From contig CAVQSR010000004.1 in the NCBI GenBank assembly GCA_963716055.1, positions 97,888-161,887 on the forward strand: DNA of 64,000 bases, given 5' to 3'. Position 1 is the stretch's first letter. The number at the start of each line of letters is the position of its first letter. Positions 8,864 through 23,466 of this stretch are shown here, piece by piece. Under the pieces are notes generated by a model. That model was not told the origin of the DNA. It was given only the letters and a program-made list of their open reading frames with translations, and ran no database searches. The stretch is from an uncultured Gemmatimonadales bacterium (GTDB lineage Bacteria > Gemmatimonadota > Gemmatimonadetes > Gemmatimonadales > GWC2-71-9). Made by a program: the position numbers and the translations under genes.

Positions 8864-10219
8864 TCAGACACTCGGGCGACCACGCCGCAGCAGCGCGTCG
8901 ACCTCCGCGTACCCCGACGGGAACCCGACGCCGTCAGGCGACGCGCCGGCACCGAGCAGCGCCGCCACCGAGTCGGGCGATCGCGAATCGGTCCAATAGG
9001 AGTCCACGCACGCTTTGACGGCGAGCATCAAGGGCATCCGTCCGTGACCGTCCCGCGCGTCCACCGGCGCGCCACGCTCGACCAGCAGGCGCACCGTCGC
9101 GTGGCGCGCGCGCCACGCGGCGACGTGCAGGGCCGTGCTGCCGGGCGCCACGCCCCAGTAGCCGTCGCCCTCCACAAACCGCGCCGCCACGTCCACGCCG
9201 AGGTCGAGGAGGTGCCGCACGCCGTCCGAGTTGCCGTTGCCGGCGAACTCCGCGAGCAGCCGGCCGCCCTGCGCCACCACGTCGCGCACGACCGGCGGAT
9301 CGCCCTGCGCGATCGCCCGGACCGACGCGGCGTCGTTCCGCGCGCACGCGGCGATCAGGCTCTCGGCGCCCTCGAGCCCGACGGGAACGCCGCGGCGCGC
9401 GAATAGCTCGAGCAGGTCGCCGCGACCGCGCCGCGCGGCCCGGGCCACGGCCGACCGGCCCTCCGTCTCGGCGGTCGCGTCGGCGCCGTGGTCCAGCAGC
9501 AGCTCGACGATGGCCCGGTCGTTGTCGCGCGCGATCGCGTGCTGCAGCGCGGTGAACCCCCAGCGGCCCCGGTGGTTCGGGTCCGCGCCGTGCGCCAGCA
9601 GATACCGGACGCCCGCGAGGTCGTGCCAGTCGTGTTTGCGCACCAGCATCGTCGCGAGGCTGTCGGCCGAGAGCCGTCCGGATTCGACCAGGACCTCGAG
9701 AGCGGCGTTGTCGTAGGTCTCGGGGGTGTGATAGGCGACCTCGTCGTCGTTGGGGTCGGCACCGCGCTCGAGCAACAGGCGGGTGAGCTCGGCGTGGTGG
9801 GCGATGCCCGCGGCGCCGTACAGCGCGCTCTCCCATTCCGGCTCGGGCGCGTGGTTCGGCTCCCAGAACCCGGTCCGGGCGTCGGCACCGGCATCGAGCA
9901 ACGCCCGCGCGGCGCGCACGAAGCCGTCGGATCGCGCGGGGTCGAGGCGCAGGTAGCGGGAGAAACAGAGATGGGTGAGCGGGTCCCACGCATACGGGCC
10001 GCCCGTCGCCGTCGCGGTCCCGGCGTCGCGCGCGAGCCAGCTGCTCAGCGCCCGGTCGTCGCCCAGGATCGCGGCGGCGTGGATGCCGGCCGTCGCGATG
10101 TCGGGGTGCGCGGCCAGGAGGGCCTGCGCGTCGTCCAGCGTCCCCGACGCGTGCGCGGCGTCGCGCGGCACTGTGGCCGCACGGATGAACGCCATCAATG
10201 GATCGCCGTCGTGAGTCAT
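8864..10219 (-). CDS. Ankyrin repeat protein
   Basis: Repeated LLERGADPN, GFTALQHA and GSTALHVAA ankyrin motifs; ATG at 10219. Confidence 0.9.
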   Translation of the reverse strand: MTHDGDPLMAFIRAATVPRDAAHASGTLDDAQALLAAHPDIATAGIHAAAILGDDRALSSWLARDAGTATATGGPYAWDPLTHLCFSRYLRLDPARSDGFVRAARALLDAGADARTGFWEPNHAPEPEWESALYGAAGIAHHAELTRLLLERGADPNDDEVAYHTPETYDNAALEVLVESGRLSADSLATMLVRKHDWHDLAGVRYLLAHGADPNHRGRWGFTALQHAIARDNDRAIVELLLDHGADATAETEGRSAVARAARRGRGDLLELFARRGVPVGLEGAESLIAACARNDAASVRAIAQGDPPVVRDVVAQGGRLLAEFAGNGNSDGVRHLLDLGVDVAARFVEGDGYWGVAPGSTALHVAAWRARHATVRLLVERGAPVDARDGHGRMPLMLAVKACVDSYWTDSRSPDSVAALLGAGASPDGVGFPSGYAEVDALLRRGRPSV

Positions 10220-10396
10220 GGCTCGTCCCCGGTGTATGCTATCTCGCCCTCGCCGAGGCGTCCACATCCGTGACCGCCGCGCCGAGGCTCCGGCGGGGCA
10301 AACCGGTTATCATTCGGTCGGAGCCTCGGGCACTGGAGCGCAGGGCTATCGCGGAGGACCAACGCCACACCCCACCCGACGCGGACGCCACGCCTG

Positions 10397-13300
10397 ATGG
10401 CGTGGCGCCGCTTTTTCGGAGACCGCCACCGCGCGGGGGCCGCGCAGCCCCTCCGCGGGGAGCTCTTGAGCATCGAGCGTTTGGAGGAACGGGCTCGGGC
10501 GCTCGCCGCCAGCTTCACCCTGGCCCGGAATCCGCGCCGCAACACCCGCCCGTTCTTCTCGCGCCTGGAGGACAACGCCCGCGTCCTGCGTGAGGCCTAT
10601 CGCCTCCTCGCCGACGACGTGCACCGCGGCGAGTTCGTGCCCCCGGCCGCGGAATGGCTGCTCGACAACTTCCACCTCATCGAAGGGGAGATCCGGGACG
10701 TCCGGCGCGACCTGCCGCGGCCGTATTACCGGGGACTGCCCAAGCTCGCCTCGCGGGAGATGGCCGGTATCGCGCGCGTTTACGCGATGGCCCTGGAGCT
10801 GATCCGCCACACCGACGGGCGCCTGGACCAGCAGCAGCTCGTGCGCTTCGTGGCGGCCTACCAGACGGTGGCGCCCCTCACGATCGGCGAGCTGTGGGCG
10901 TGGCCCAGCATGCTGAAGCTCGGCCTCATCGAGAGCCTGAGGCGGCTGGCCGACGAAACGCTCGCAGGCCGGGACGCGCGGCGCAGGGCCGACGCGTATC
11001 TCGCCCAGATCGGCGGCACGCCGGACGCCGCGCCCCTGCGGTCCCTGCCCAGAATGCTGGAGACGCCCTATGTCGTGCGCCTCCTGCAGCGGATGCGCGA
11101 GTACGGACCGCTGGTCTGGCCCGTCCGCGCCGCGGTGGAGCAACGTCTCGCCACGCAGGGCATCACCGCCGAGGACGCGATCCGCTCGGAGCACCAGCGG
11201 CTGGCTGCCGGGCAGGTGTCCGTCGCCAACGCCATCACGAGCCTGCGGCGGTGCGCCACCCTGGACTGGACGCAGTACTTCGAGACCGTCAGCCTGATCG
11301 AGCAGGTCCTGCGGCGCGACCCGGCCGGCGTCTACCCGAGAATGGACTTCCGCAGCCGGGATCGCTACCGGCAGGCGGTCGAGGAGCTGGCCGAGCCGAC
11401 CGGTGAGGCCCAGCTGCGCGTGGCCCTGCGCAGCGTCGAAAGCGCCCGCCAGGCCAGCGAGCTGCGCTCGGCCGACGACCGCGCCACCCACGTCGGCCAC
11501 CACCTGATCGGGACGGGCCGGCGCGAGCTCGAGACCGACGTGGAGTACGCCCCGCGTCTCGTCGGACGGCGCGCGCCGGTTCCTGCTCGCGCACGCCACC
11601 AGCTTCTATCTCGGATCCATCGGGCTCGTGACCGCCGCCCCGCTCGCGCTGGCGGTCGCCTATCTCCGGGCCGCGGGGGCTCCCGTGTGGGCCCAGGCCC
11701 TGGGCGTCGTGCTGCTGCTGCTGCCAGCCAGCGACTTCGCCGTCGCGGCCGTGCAGCGGCTGGCGGCGCACCTCGTGACGCCGCTGCCCCTCCCCCGCCT
11801 CGACTTCAAGACCGGGGTGCCGGAGGACTCGCGGACCATGGTCGTCGTCCCCACCCTGCTCACGAGCGTCGCCGGCGTGGCCGAGCTGCTCGAGCACGTG
11901 GAGGTCCTGGCCCTCGGCAACGCGGACCCGCACATCCACTTTGCCGTCCTGGGCGACTTCGCCGATGCGCACGCCGCCGAGCTGGCGACCGACGACGAGA
12001 TCCTGAACGCCGCCCGCGCGGGCGTGCACGACCTGAACGCCCGCCTCGGCCGCGGTCGCGACGATCGGTTCCATTTGTTCCTGCGCGCGCGCCTGTGGAA
12101 CGCGAGCGAGGGGTCGTGGATGGGATGGGAGCGCAAGCGCGGCAAGCTCGAGGAGTTCAACCGCGTGCTGCGAGGCGCCACGGACACGAGCTACAACGTC
12201 CACGTGGGCGACCCGGAGGTGCTGCGCCACGTCCGCTACTGCATCACGCTGGACAGCGACACCCGGCTACCGTTGCACGCGGCCCGCAAGCTGATCGGCA
12301 TCATCGCCCACCCCCTGAACCGGCCCCGCTTCGACCCGCGCCTGCGCCGCGTCACCGAAGGGTACGGCATCCTCCAGCCGCGGGTCAGCGTGACGATGGC
12401 GAGCGCGGCCGGATCGCTGTTCGCCCGCGTGTATGCGGGCCACACGGGCGTCGATCCCTACACCACCGCGGTGTCGGACACCTACCAGGACCTGTTCAAC
12501 GAGGGAATCTTCACGGGCAAGGGACTCTACGACGTGGACGCCTTCATGGCCGCCCTCGAGGGCCGCGTCCCGGAGAACGCCCTCCTGTCCCACGACCTGT
12601 TCGAGGGGCTGCACGCGCGGGCCGCGCTGGTGACGGACGTGGAGGTGGTGGACGATTACCCCGCGAGCGTGCTCGCGCACGCGCGGCGCCAGCATCGGTG
12701 GGCGCGCGGAGACTGGCAGATCCTGTTCTGGCTGTTCCCCCTGGTCCCGACCCGCGCCGGCCTGGAACGCAACCGCCTGCCGGTCATCGCGCGCTGGCGG
12801 ATCCTGGACAACCTGCGGCGGACGCTCGTGGCCCCCGCCACGGTCGCGATTCCTGGCGCTGGCGTGGCTGGCGCTGCCGGGCGATCCCGTGATCTGGACC
12901 GTCGGGGTGCTCGCCGCCATCGCCTTCCCGCTCTACCCGTTGGCCGTCCGCCTCGCGGCCGGGCCGGACCCCCAGCAGCCACTCGGCGTGTTCTTGCGGA
13001 TCCTGGGCGAGGACGTGAAGACCGCGGTCGCGCAGACGCTGCTCCAGATCACGTTCCTCGCCTATCACGCCTCTGAGATGGCCCACGCCATCGCGCTCAC
13101 GCTGGCTCGGCTCGTGTTCACGCAGCGCCGCCTCCTCGAGTGGGAAACGGCGGCGGCGGCGAGCGCCCGCGCGGCCGGCCACGGCCCACGAGCCGGGGCC
13201 CTGCTCTTCCTCGGAGACATGGCGGCCAGCCCGGCGATCGCCCTCGTCCTGGCAGCGCTCATCGCGATCGCCCGGCCGGGCAGCCTCGCGGTGGCCGCTC

Positions 13301-16300
13301 CCCTGCTGGCGCTGTGGCTGGCCGCGCCGCAGCTGGCGTACTGGCTCAGCCGCCCGGTGGCGCCCGAGGGCCGTCCCCTGAGCTCGGCGGACCGCCGCTT
13401 CCTGCGTCTCGTCGCTCGCAAGACGTGGCGCTATTTCGAGACGTTCATGAGCGCGGCGGACCACGGCCTGCCGCCGGACAACGTCCAGGAGACGCCGGCG
13501 CCGATCGTCGCCCACCGGACCTCCCCGACGAACATCGGGATGGGGCTGCTCGCGACCCTGGCCGCCCACGACCTCGGCTTCATCCGCACGGCGGAGCTGG
13601 TCGAACGGCTGGACGCCACGCTGTCCACGCTGGACGCGCTGGAGCGGTTCAATGGCCATCTGTTCAACTGGTACGACACCACCACCCTCGCGCCGCTGCC
13701 GCCCCGCTACATCTCGACCGTGGACAGCGGCAACCTCGCGGGCGCGCTCCTCGCCCTGGCCGAGGGCCTGCGGCGCCTGGCCGGCACACCCCAGTCGGCC
13801 GAGCAGATCTGCGCCGGCCTGGCGGACACCGCGGCGCTGACGGGGCGAGCCCTGGGCCTCGAGGAAACGCCCGGTGTGCACCGCGCCGCGCGAGACCGCC
13901 TCGCCGCCGTGGTGCGGTCCGTGCTCGACGCGTTGGACGGCCCCGAGAAGGCGGAGGTGAAACTGGCGCGCGCGGCCGGCGAGCGCGCCGCGCTCGCCCG
14001 GGCGATGGCGGCCGACGCGTCGCCGACGCCGGCGGGCAACGACCGGGCCCAGGTGGCCTACTGGTCGCAATCCCTCGCCGCGGAGCTGGCGGCGTCGGCC
14101 CCGCAGTCCGCCGGGTTCACGGCACGCCTCGAGGACCTCGCCGCTCGCAGCCTCGCACTGGCCGACGGCATGAGCTTCGCTTTCCTCTATGAGCGCGAAC
14201 GACAGATCTTCGCGATCGGTTATCGCCTCGCCGACGCGCAGGGTCCCGGCCGTCTCGATCCCTCCTACTACGACCTCCTCGCGTCCGAGGCCCGGCTCGC
14301 GAGCTTCGTGGCGATCGCCAAGGGCGATGTCCCCGACAGTCACTGGTTCCACCTGGGGCGGCTGCTCACCAGTGTGGACGGCGCCCCCACCCTCCTGTCG
14401 TGGAGTGCCAGCCTGTTCGAGTACCTCATGCCGCTCCTCGTGATGAAGAGCTACCCGGGAACGTTGCTCGACCAATCGTGCCGCATGGCCGTACGTCGGC
14501 AGATGGAGTACGGCAGACAGCACGGGGTGCCCTGGGGGATCTCGGAGTCCGCCTTCAATGCGGTGGACCGTCATGGCGTCTACCAGTACAAGGCCTTCGG
14601 CGTGCCCGGACTGGGGCTGAAACGGGGCCTCGGCGACGAGCTCGTGGTGGCCCCCTACGCCACGGCCCTGGCCGCCATGGTGGAACCGCAGCGGGCCGTC
14701 CAGAACTTCCGCCGCCTGGCCCGGGAGGGACTGGACGGCGCGTACGGGTTCTACGAGGCGATCGACTACACGCCGCGGAAACCGGACGACGGCGAAAGCG
14801 CCGGCGAGCGGCGACCCCAGGGCTCGCGTGGCGTGGTCGTCCAGGCGTTTCTGGCACATCACCAGGGCATGAGCCTGGTGGCGCTGGCCAACGCCGTCCT
14901 CGGCCATCCGATGGTCGAGCGCCTCCACGCCGACCCCCGGGTGCAGGCCACCGCCCTGCTGCTCCAGGAGCGCCCGCCGCGCCACGCGCCGATCACCCGG
15001 CCCCGGCCCGCGGAGGCGACGCGGGTGGCGGCGCCGGTGTCCGCCGCGCCCGTCCGGCGCATCCGGTCGCCCCACACGCGCTATCCGCACGCGCAGTTCC
15101 TGTCCAACGGCGGCTACACCGCCATCGTCACCAACGCGGGAGGCGGGGCCAGCTTCTGTCGCGGCCGCGCCGTCACCCGGTACCGCGAGGACGCGACTCG
15201 GGACCTGGGAAGCCAGTTCATCTACCTGCGCGACGTGCGCAACGGGTCGGTGTGGTCCGCGGCCTACCATCCGACGGACCGGGAGCCCGAGGACTATCTC
15301 GTCACGCTGCAGGCCGAGAAGGCGTCCTTCCGCCGCCGTGACGAGGACATCACGACCCAGCTCGACATCGCGGTCTCGACCGAGGACGACGTCGAGGTGC
15401 GGCGGTTGACCGTCACCAATCAGAGCGACCGGCCGCGCGAGCTCGAGGTCACGAGCTACGCCGAGATCGCGCTGGCGGCCGTGGCGGAGGACCTGACCCA
15501 CCCCGCCTTCAGCAAGCTGTTCGTGGAAACCGAGTATCTGCCGGAGAGCGCCGCGCTCGTGTGCGGCCGGCGGCCCCGCTCCCATGACGAGCCGCGCGCG
15601 TGGGCGGTGCACGTGTTGAGCGTGGACGGCAGAATGCAGGGACCCGTGGAGTGGGAGACCGACCGCGCCCGCTTCCTGGGCCGCGGCCGCGGACCCGAGG
15701 ATCCCGCGGCCCTCGACGGGCGGCCCCTGTCGGGGACGACGGGAGCCGTGCTCGACCCGATCGTCAGCCTGCGCCAGCGCATCCGGCTGGCCCCCGGCGC
15801 ATTCGTGCGCCTGTCGTTCGCGACGGGGATGGCCGCGAGCCGGGATGGCGCACTCGCGATGGCGCACAAGTACCACGACCCCAGCGCCGCCGCGCGCACG
15901 TTCGCCCTGGCCTTCACGCAGACGCAGAGCACCCTGCGCCACCTCGGCATCTCGGCCGACGAGGGCCAGCTCTTCGAGCGCCTCGCCTCCCGCGTGCTGT
16001 ACACGGACGCCTCGCTGCGGGCCGAGCCCGGGGTCCTGGAGCGCAACGTGCTGGGGCAGCCGGGCCTGTGGCCCCACGGGATCTCCGGCGACCTCCCCAT
16101 CCTGCTCGTGCGCGTCGTGGACGAGAACGACATCCCCCTCGTGCGGCAGGTCCTGCAAGCTCAGGAGTACTGGCGATTGAAGGGCCTGAGCGCGGACGTC
16201 GTGCTGCTGAACGAGCACCCGGTGAGCTACCTCGACGAGATGCACGTCCAGCTCGCGGCGCTGCTCGATACCGGGCCCTGGGGAGCGTGGAAACACCGCC

Positions 16301-18990
16301 CCGGGGGAGTGTACCTGCTGCGCAGCGACCGCATGAACGAGGCGGAGCGGATCCTGCTCGCCAGCGTGGCCCGAGCGATCCTCAGCGGCGACCGCGGCGA
16401 GCTGGCAACCCAGCTGGACTGGCCGTACGCCGAGGCGGCATGGCGCAGCGAACCGCACCAGCCGGCGCTCGCGATCGCGCGGCGCGACGAGCCGGACCGC
16501 GCCGGGACTCCGGTGCCCGCGCTCACCTTCCCCAATGGGATGGGCGGCTTTGCCGACGGCGGCCGCGAATACGTCGTGGTCCTGGACGGCGACCAGGAGA
16601 CGCCGCTCCCCTGGGTCAACGTGATGGCGAACCCCGGCTTCGGCACCATGGTCTCGGCGTCGGGTGCGGCGCACACGTGGGCGGCGAACAGCCGCGAGAA
16701 CCGGCTCACGCCCTGCGCGCACGATCCCGTGACCGATTCCAGCGCCGAAGCCCTCTATGTGCGGGACGAGGAGGAGGGTGGGACCTGGTCCCCCACGCCG
16801 GGACCGATGCGGCGCACCGGCGCGAGCGGCCGGTTCGTGACGCGGCACGCCGCCGGCGTCTCGCGGTTCACGCATGCGTCCCACGGGATCCACCACGACC
16901 TCGCGGTCTTCGTGGACGCGAACGACCCGGTGAAGTTCTCCCTCCTGACGCTCACCAACCGCAGCGGCCGACCGCGGCGGCTGAGCCTGTACTCGTACAG
17001 CCGCTGGCGCCTGGGACCGCCGCGGCCGGATGACCATCTGCACGTGATCACGGCGCTCGACCCGGAGACGGGGGCCGTGCTCGCGACGAACCCCTACAAC
17101 CACGATTTCACGGACCACGTCGCCTTCGCCGCCGCCAGCGAGGCCCCGCGCTCGGCGACGGGAGACCGCGTGGCGTTCCTGGGACGCAACGGCTCTCCCG
17201 CGAATCCGGCCGCGTTGCGTGAGCGCACGCTGTCGGGCCGGTTCGGCGCCGGACTCGATCCCTGCGCCGCCCTGCAGATCGAGATCACCCTGGATCCGGG
17301 AGCGAGCCGTCGCGTGGTCCTCCTGCTCGGGCAGGGACGGAATCGGGAGCACGCCCGCGCGCTGCTGCGGCGCCACGCCACGGTGGCCGCCGCCGAGCGC
17401 GCCCTGGCGGCGGTGCAGCAGTCCTGGACCGACACCCTCGAGACGATCCAGGTGCACACGCCGGACGACTCCTTCGACCTGCTGATGAACCGGTGGCTGC
17501 TGTACCAGAACGTGAGCTGCCGGCTCTGGGCGCGGTCCGGCTTCTATCAGCCAGGCGGAGCGTTCGGGTTCCGCGACCAGCTGCAGGATGGCATGGCGAT
17601 CGCGCTGGCCCGGCCCGACCTGGTGCGCGCCCACCTGCTGCGCGCCGCCGGCCGGCAGTTCATCGAAGGAGACGTGCAGCACTGGTGGCACGAACCCTCG
17701 GGCGCCGGCACGCGCACGCGCTGCTCCGACGACCTGCTGTGGCTGCCGTTCGCCGTGGCGCACTATGTGGACACGACCGGGGACGTCGCCGTGCTCGACG
17801 AGCCGGTGGCGTTCCTCGAGGCCCCCGTGCTCGCCGCCGGCGAGACGGAGGCCTACGGTCAGCCGCGCGCCTCCGCCACCGCGGCGCCGCTCTTCGAGCA
17901 TTGCGTGCGCGCCATCGACAAGGGCCTGACCGCCGGCGCCCACGGCCTGCCGTTGATCGGCAGCGGCGACTGGAACGACGGGATGAACCGGGTGGGGCAC
18001 GGGGGCCGCGGCGAGAGCGTGTGGCTGGGGTGGTTCGCGTACGCGGTGCTGCGGCAGTTCATCCCGCTGTGCGAGCGCCGCGACGCGGCGCGGGCGGCGC
18101 GGTACGCGAGCGAGGCCGCCCGGCTGGCGGGCATGCTCGCGCAGTCGTGGGACGGGGAGTGGTACCGCCGCGGGTACTACGACGACGGCGCGCCCCTGGG
18201 GTCGGCGCAGAGCGACGAGTGCAAGATCGACGCGATCGCCCAATCCTGGGCCGTGCTCTCGGGAGCCGCGCCGTTGCCGTACGCCGAACGGGCCATGGAC
18301 GCCGTCCGCACCCACCTGGTGCGGCGCGGCGCGCGGGTGGTGTTGGTGCTCACGCCCCCGTTCGACCAATCGGCGCGGGACCCCGGGTACGTCAAGGGCT
18401 ACCCGCCCGGCGTGCGTGAGAACGGCGGGCAGTACACCCACGCCGCCGCATGGACGGTCATGGCGGTGGCCCGGCTCGGCAACGGGGACGAGGCGGTGGA
18501 GTTGTTCCACCTGCTCAACCCGATCAACCACACCCGAACGGCGGCGGACGTCGAGCGCTACAAGACCGAGCCCTACGTCACCGCCGGGGACGTCTACGCC
18601 CACCCGGCCCATGCCGGGCGCGGCGGGTGGACGTGGTACACGGGCTCGGCGGGATGGATGTACCGCGCGGGCCTCGAGAGCATCCTCGGCCTCACGCGCC
18701 ACGGGGCGAGCTTCGAGCTGGATCCCTGCATCCCATCGGCCTGGCCCGAGTACGCGATCGCCTGGCGCCACGGCACCAGCCGCTACGAAATCTCCGTCCT
18801 CAATCCGGAGCACCGCTGCCGCGGCATCGCCACGGCGGAATTGGACGGCCAGCCCGTGGAGCCCGGCGCCATCCCCCTCCTGGACGACGGCGCGGTGCAC
18901 CAGGTGCGGGTGGTGCTCGGGCGCCCGCCGCTCGTGGGGCAGCGGACGGCGCGGCGCGGCGCCGCCGCGCACCTGCCGGGCGATCGCTGA
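10397..18990 (+). CDS. ndvB: Cyclic beta-1,2-glucan synthase / GH94 phosphorylase fusion (NdvB/Cgs-like), split by two apparent frameshifts (~11575, ~12850)
   Basis: Three overlapping track ORFs (10397..12892, 11628..13076, 12889..18990) give one continuous family sequence: [66 protein letters not shown]. Confidence 0.88.
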
Positions 18991-19240
18991 CGGCGCCGGT
19001 CGCCCGGGGCCCTTGACTTTCGCCCGCCGATTATCAATGTTTCCCTGCGAGCGAACAGGCTGTGGCGTATTGCTTCAGCTGAACACCAGCGACGGATTCG
19101 GGGACCTGGGCATCGCCTGCGGTCCTCGTTTGTGTTTCTGGGTTTCGCTCGACGGTGCTGGCAGCACAGGTAGCGGCTCGGCGTAACGCGCAGACCGCTC
19201 GGCACCGGGAACGTTTTTCTAGTCAGGAGTCATCACACAG

Positions 19241-19450
19241 ATGGCACGCATCAACGGTACCGTGAAGTGGTTCAACGACGCGAAGGGGTTCGGTTTCATC
19301 ACGCCCGACAACGGCGAAAAGGACTGCTTCGTCCATCACTCCGCCATTCAGGCCCAGGGCTTCAAGTCCCTGGCCGAAGGCGACAAAGTCGAGTTCGACG
19401 TCGTGCAGGGCCAGAAAGGCCCGGCGGCGGAGAACGTCGTGAAGCTGTAA
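19241..19450 (+). CDS. cspA: Cold-shock protein
   Basis: [15 protein letters not shown] (RNP1) and DCFVHHSAI (RNP2). Confidence 0.97.
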   Translation: MARINGTVKWFNDAKGFGFITPDNGEKDCFVHHSAIQAQGFKSLAEGDKVEFDVVQGQKGPAAENVVKL

Positions 19451-19474
19451 CCACACGGCGGTATCTCGGTACGA

Positions 19475-19506
19475 CACGGCGCCCGTTCGCAAGAACGGGC
19501 GCCGTG
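19475..19506. terminator. Hairpin between convergent genes, probably a bidirectional terminator
   Basis: Perfect 14-bp stem CACGGCGCCCGTTC / GAACGGGCGCCGTG with a GCAA loop. Confidence 0.8.
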
Positions 19507-19510
19507 CTGT

Positions 19511-20711
19511 TTACAGGTAGCTCAGCCACCACTGCCGGCGCGTGGCCTTGAGTGCGGCGAACCAGCGGCACACCGGATACAGCAACGACGATCGCCACCG
19601 CGAACACCACGTACAGCAGCGTCAGGCTCCAGGTGTAGCCGTCGGGCGGCGGCGGATTGCCCATCGGATGGTTGACGAAGAGCCACGGGCTCACCCCACC
19701 CAGCCGGAGCTGCGACACCACCACGGCGAGCGCGTGGATCAGCGGGATGTGCAGCATGTAGTAGAAGAACGGCACGCGGCCGAACACCGTCACCCACCGG
19801 GCCACGGCGCCGCGGGCCCGCTCGAGCACCGGAATGAGCGCGATCGTGGGACCCAGCGTCATGAGCAGGAACTGGAGCGACGCCGGGTACTTGGAGGTAT
19901 TGAGAAAATCGAGCGCCACCGGCATCGGCGTGCCGTCGAACCACTGGCCGGTCGTGCTCCACGCCCGCGGCTCGCCGTAGAGATTGAATCCGCGCAGCAC
20001 GAGAAACAGCGCCGTGGCGCCGAGGCCCAACTGCAGGCAGATGCGGTTGCGCCCGGCCGGCTCGAGCATGGCGATCGCGCCGAACGCGTAGCCCGCCGCC
20101 ATCACGCCGATCCACGGGATGATCGAGTACAGCACGATCAGGCTCGGGCCGTCGGGGCCGGCCTGGATCGGGCCCGCCCAGAACCCCACGTAGAAAATCT
20201 TCCACAGGGCCCCGACGTCGCCCTGCGGCATCGGGATCAGATTGTGGCCGGCGATGATGGCCACGCCGACGGCGGCGATGGCGCGCAGCGGCAGCTTCAC
20301 GAGGCCCGCCAGCAGGATCATGCACCAGCCGATGGCCCAGATCACGCCGGCCATGTTGTACTGCGCGAAATCGAGATTGAACGTCCACGCCACCCGCAGG
20401 AACGTCAGCTCGAGCAACACGAGCCACGCGCCGCGGATCGCGAGGAAGCGCGACAGGTCCCCGTGCTTGCGGCCGTAGAAGAACGCGCTCGTCCCTGCCA
20501 GGAACAGAAACGCCGGCGCGCAGAAGTGCGTCACCCAGCGCGTGAAGAAGATCCCGGCCGTGGGGCCGCCCGGCGGGAGCCCCGAGTACACGCGCACGTG
20601 GTCGATGGCCATCAGGATCATCACGGCGCCGCGGATGAGATCCACGGACGCGACGCGCGGAGTCGCGGCGGTCGCCGGCGCCGGTGGGGTGACGGGCAAC
20701 GTGGCGCTCAT
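19511..20711 (-). CDS. DUF1624 / heparan-alpha-glucosaminide N-acetyltransferase-like membrane protein, apparent frameshift near 19590
   Basis: [23 protein letters not shown] and KYPASLQF motifs; the family-type end ...WWLSYL* lies in another frame, stop at 19511-19513. Confidence 0.8.
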
Positions 20712-20932
20712 CGCCCGCCAAGCTGCGCTGCGGCCGTCGGGCGGTCAATGCCCGCCCGGGGCTCCGAGCTGCGCGGGCGCGCCGCCGCCGCCAGCCGCGC
20801 GAACCGGGGGTCGTCGCGCACGGCGTCGAACTCCGGCAGCTGCAGCCGGAACCAGAACTCGGCGGTGCGCTCGGTCACGCCCTCGAGGCGCCGGATTGCG
20901 GCGTCGCGCCGCCCCACGGCGACATCCGCCAT
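20708..20932 (-). pseudogene. Possible orphan C-terminal fragment of a TPR/kinase-type protein
   Basis: ...LPEFDAVRDDPRFARL resembles the D..R.DPRF tail of kinase-TPR proteins; an in-frame TAG lies just upstream. Confidence 0.3.
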
Positions 20933-20977
20933 CGCCAGCTACCGAGGCTCCACCCACGCGGTCCACTACAAGGCCCG

Positions 20978-22611
<1,634 letters not shown>

Positions 22612-22677
22612 GCGCCGCTCGGGAGAGAGACGAGCAGAAGATGAAGGCCGGACCGGATGTAGGGAAGCGGAGCTACG

Positions 22678-23217
22678 CTACAGCACGACCGCGAGCGGGC
22701 AGGCGAACCCGGGCAGCACCTCCCCGCCGTCCAGCGCCTCGTCCGCGCCCACGATCGCCTGGCTGCCAGCGAGGTCGTATACGCGCGCCAGCCGGCGCCC
22801 GGGATCGATGACCCAGACGAGCCGCGTCCCCGCCGACAGCCAGTCGGCGATCTTGGCGAGAACGTCGCCGGGTCGGTCGTCGGGCGACAGCACCTCCACG
22901 ACCAGGTCGGGGGCCAGCTCGGGGAACCCGGCCGGCTCGGGATCGGGCAAGCGCTCGCGCCGCACGAACGCGATGTCGGGGGCGCGGACGGTGTCGGGCC
23001 CGCGCGCGAGCGTGAAGCCCGTCTCGGCGGCGAACAGCTGACCCGCGCCGGTCTGGTGGACATGGGCACCAAGCCGAAGGGCGAGGTTCATCGCGACGCG
23101 ACCGTGCCGGTATCCGGCCGGCTCCCGCACGACCAGCTCGCCGCGAACCAGTTCCGCTCGCTGGTGCGGCAGCCGCTGACGCAGCAACTCGTCGGCGGTC
23201 ATCGGCGCGACGGGCAT
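22678..23217 (-). CDS. Uma2 family (DUF820) putative endonuclease, copy 1
   Basis: ELVRGELVVREP, RAPDIAFV, APDLVVEVLSPDD and GTRLVWVIDP motifs. Confidence 0.9.
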   Translation of the reverse strand: MPVAPMTADELLRQRLPHQRAELVRGELVVREPAGYRHGRVAMNLALRLGAHVHQTGAGQLFAAETGFTLARGPDTVRAPDIAFVRRERLPDPEPAGFPELAPDLVVEVLSPDDRPGDVLAKIADWLSAGTRLVWVIDPGRRLARVYDLAGSQAIVGADEALDGGEVLPGFACPLAVVL

Positions 23218-23466
23218 GACGGGAACGTAGGCTTCCTCGGCGGGCATGGCAACGGAATGTGTCGGCCGCGCATCAACACCCGATCAACCACCAGTGAATC
23301 CGCGGATGGCCGCGGCCGTGGCTTGTGCAGGGGCGGGGTGCACGCTCAGCGGGCCCCGGCGCGCAAGCGGCGGGGGGCGCCCCAGGCCGCGGCGCGAGGC
23401 GAGCCGGCGTGCCACGATGGGGCGCGTCAGGTCCCCGAGCGCGTCCCTGCCGAGACGACGCACCGG

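Noticed and set aside
11575-12850. Programmed frameshifting in ndvB
   Set aside because: No slippery heptamer or stimulatory structure was noticed, and similar indels hit unrelated neighbouring genes; sequencing error is the simpler explanation.
12784-18972. 2062-aa antisense ORF
   Set aside because: It is the shadow of the GC3-rich ndvB gene; Arg/Gly/Ala-rich with no motifs.
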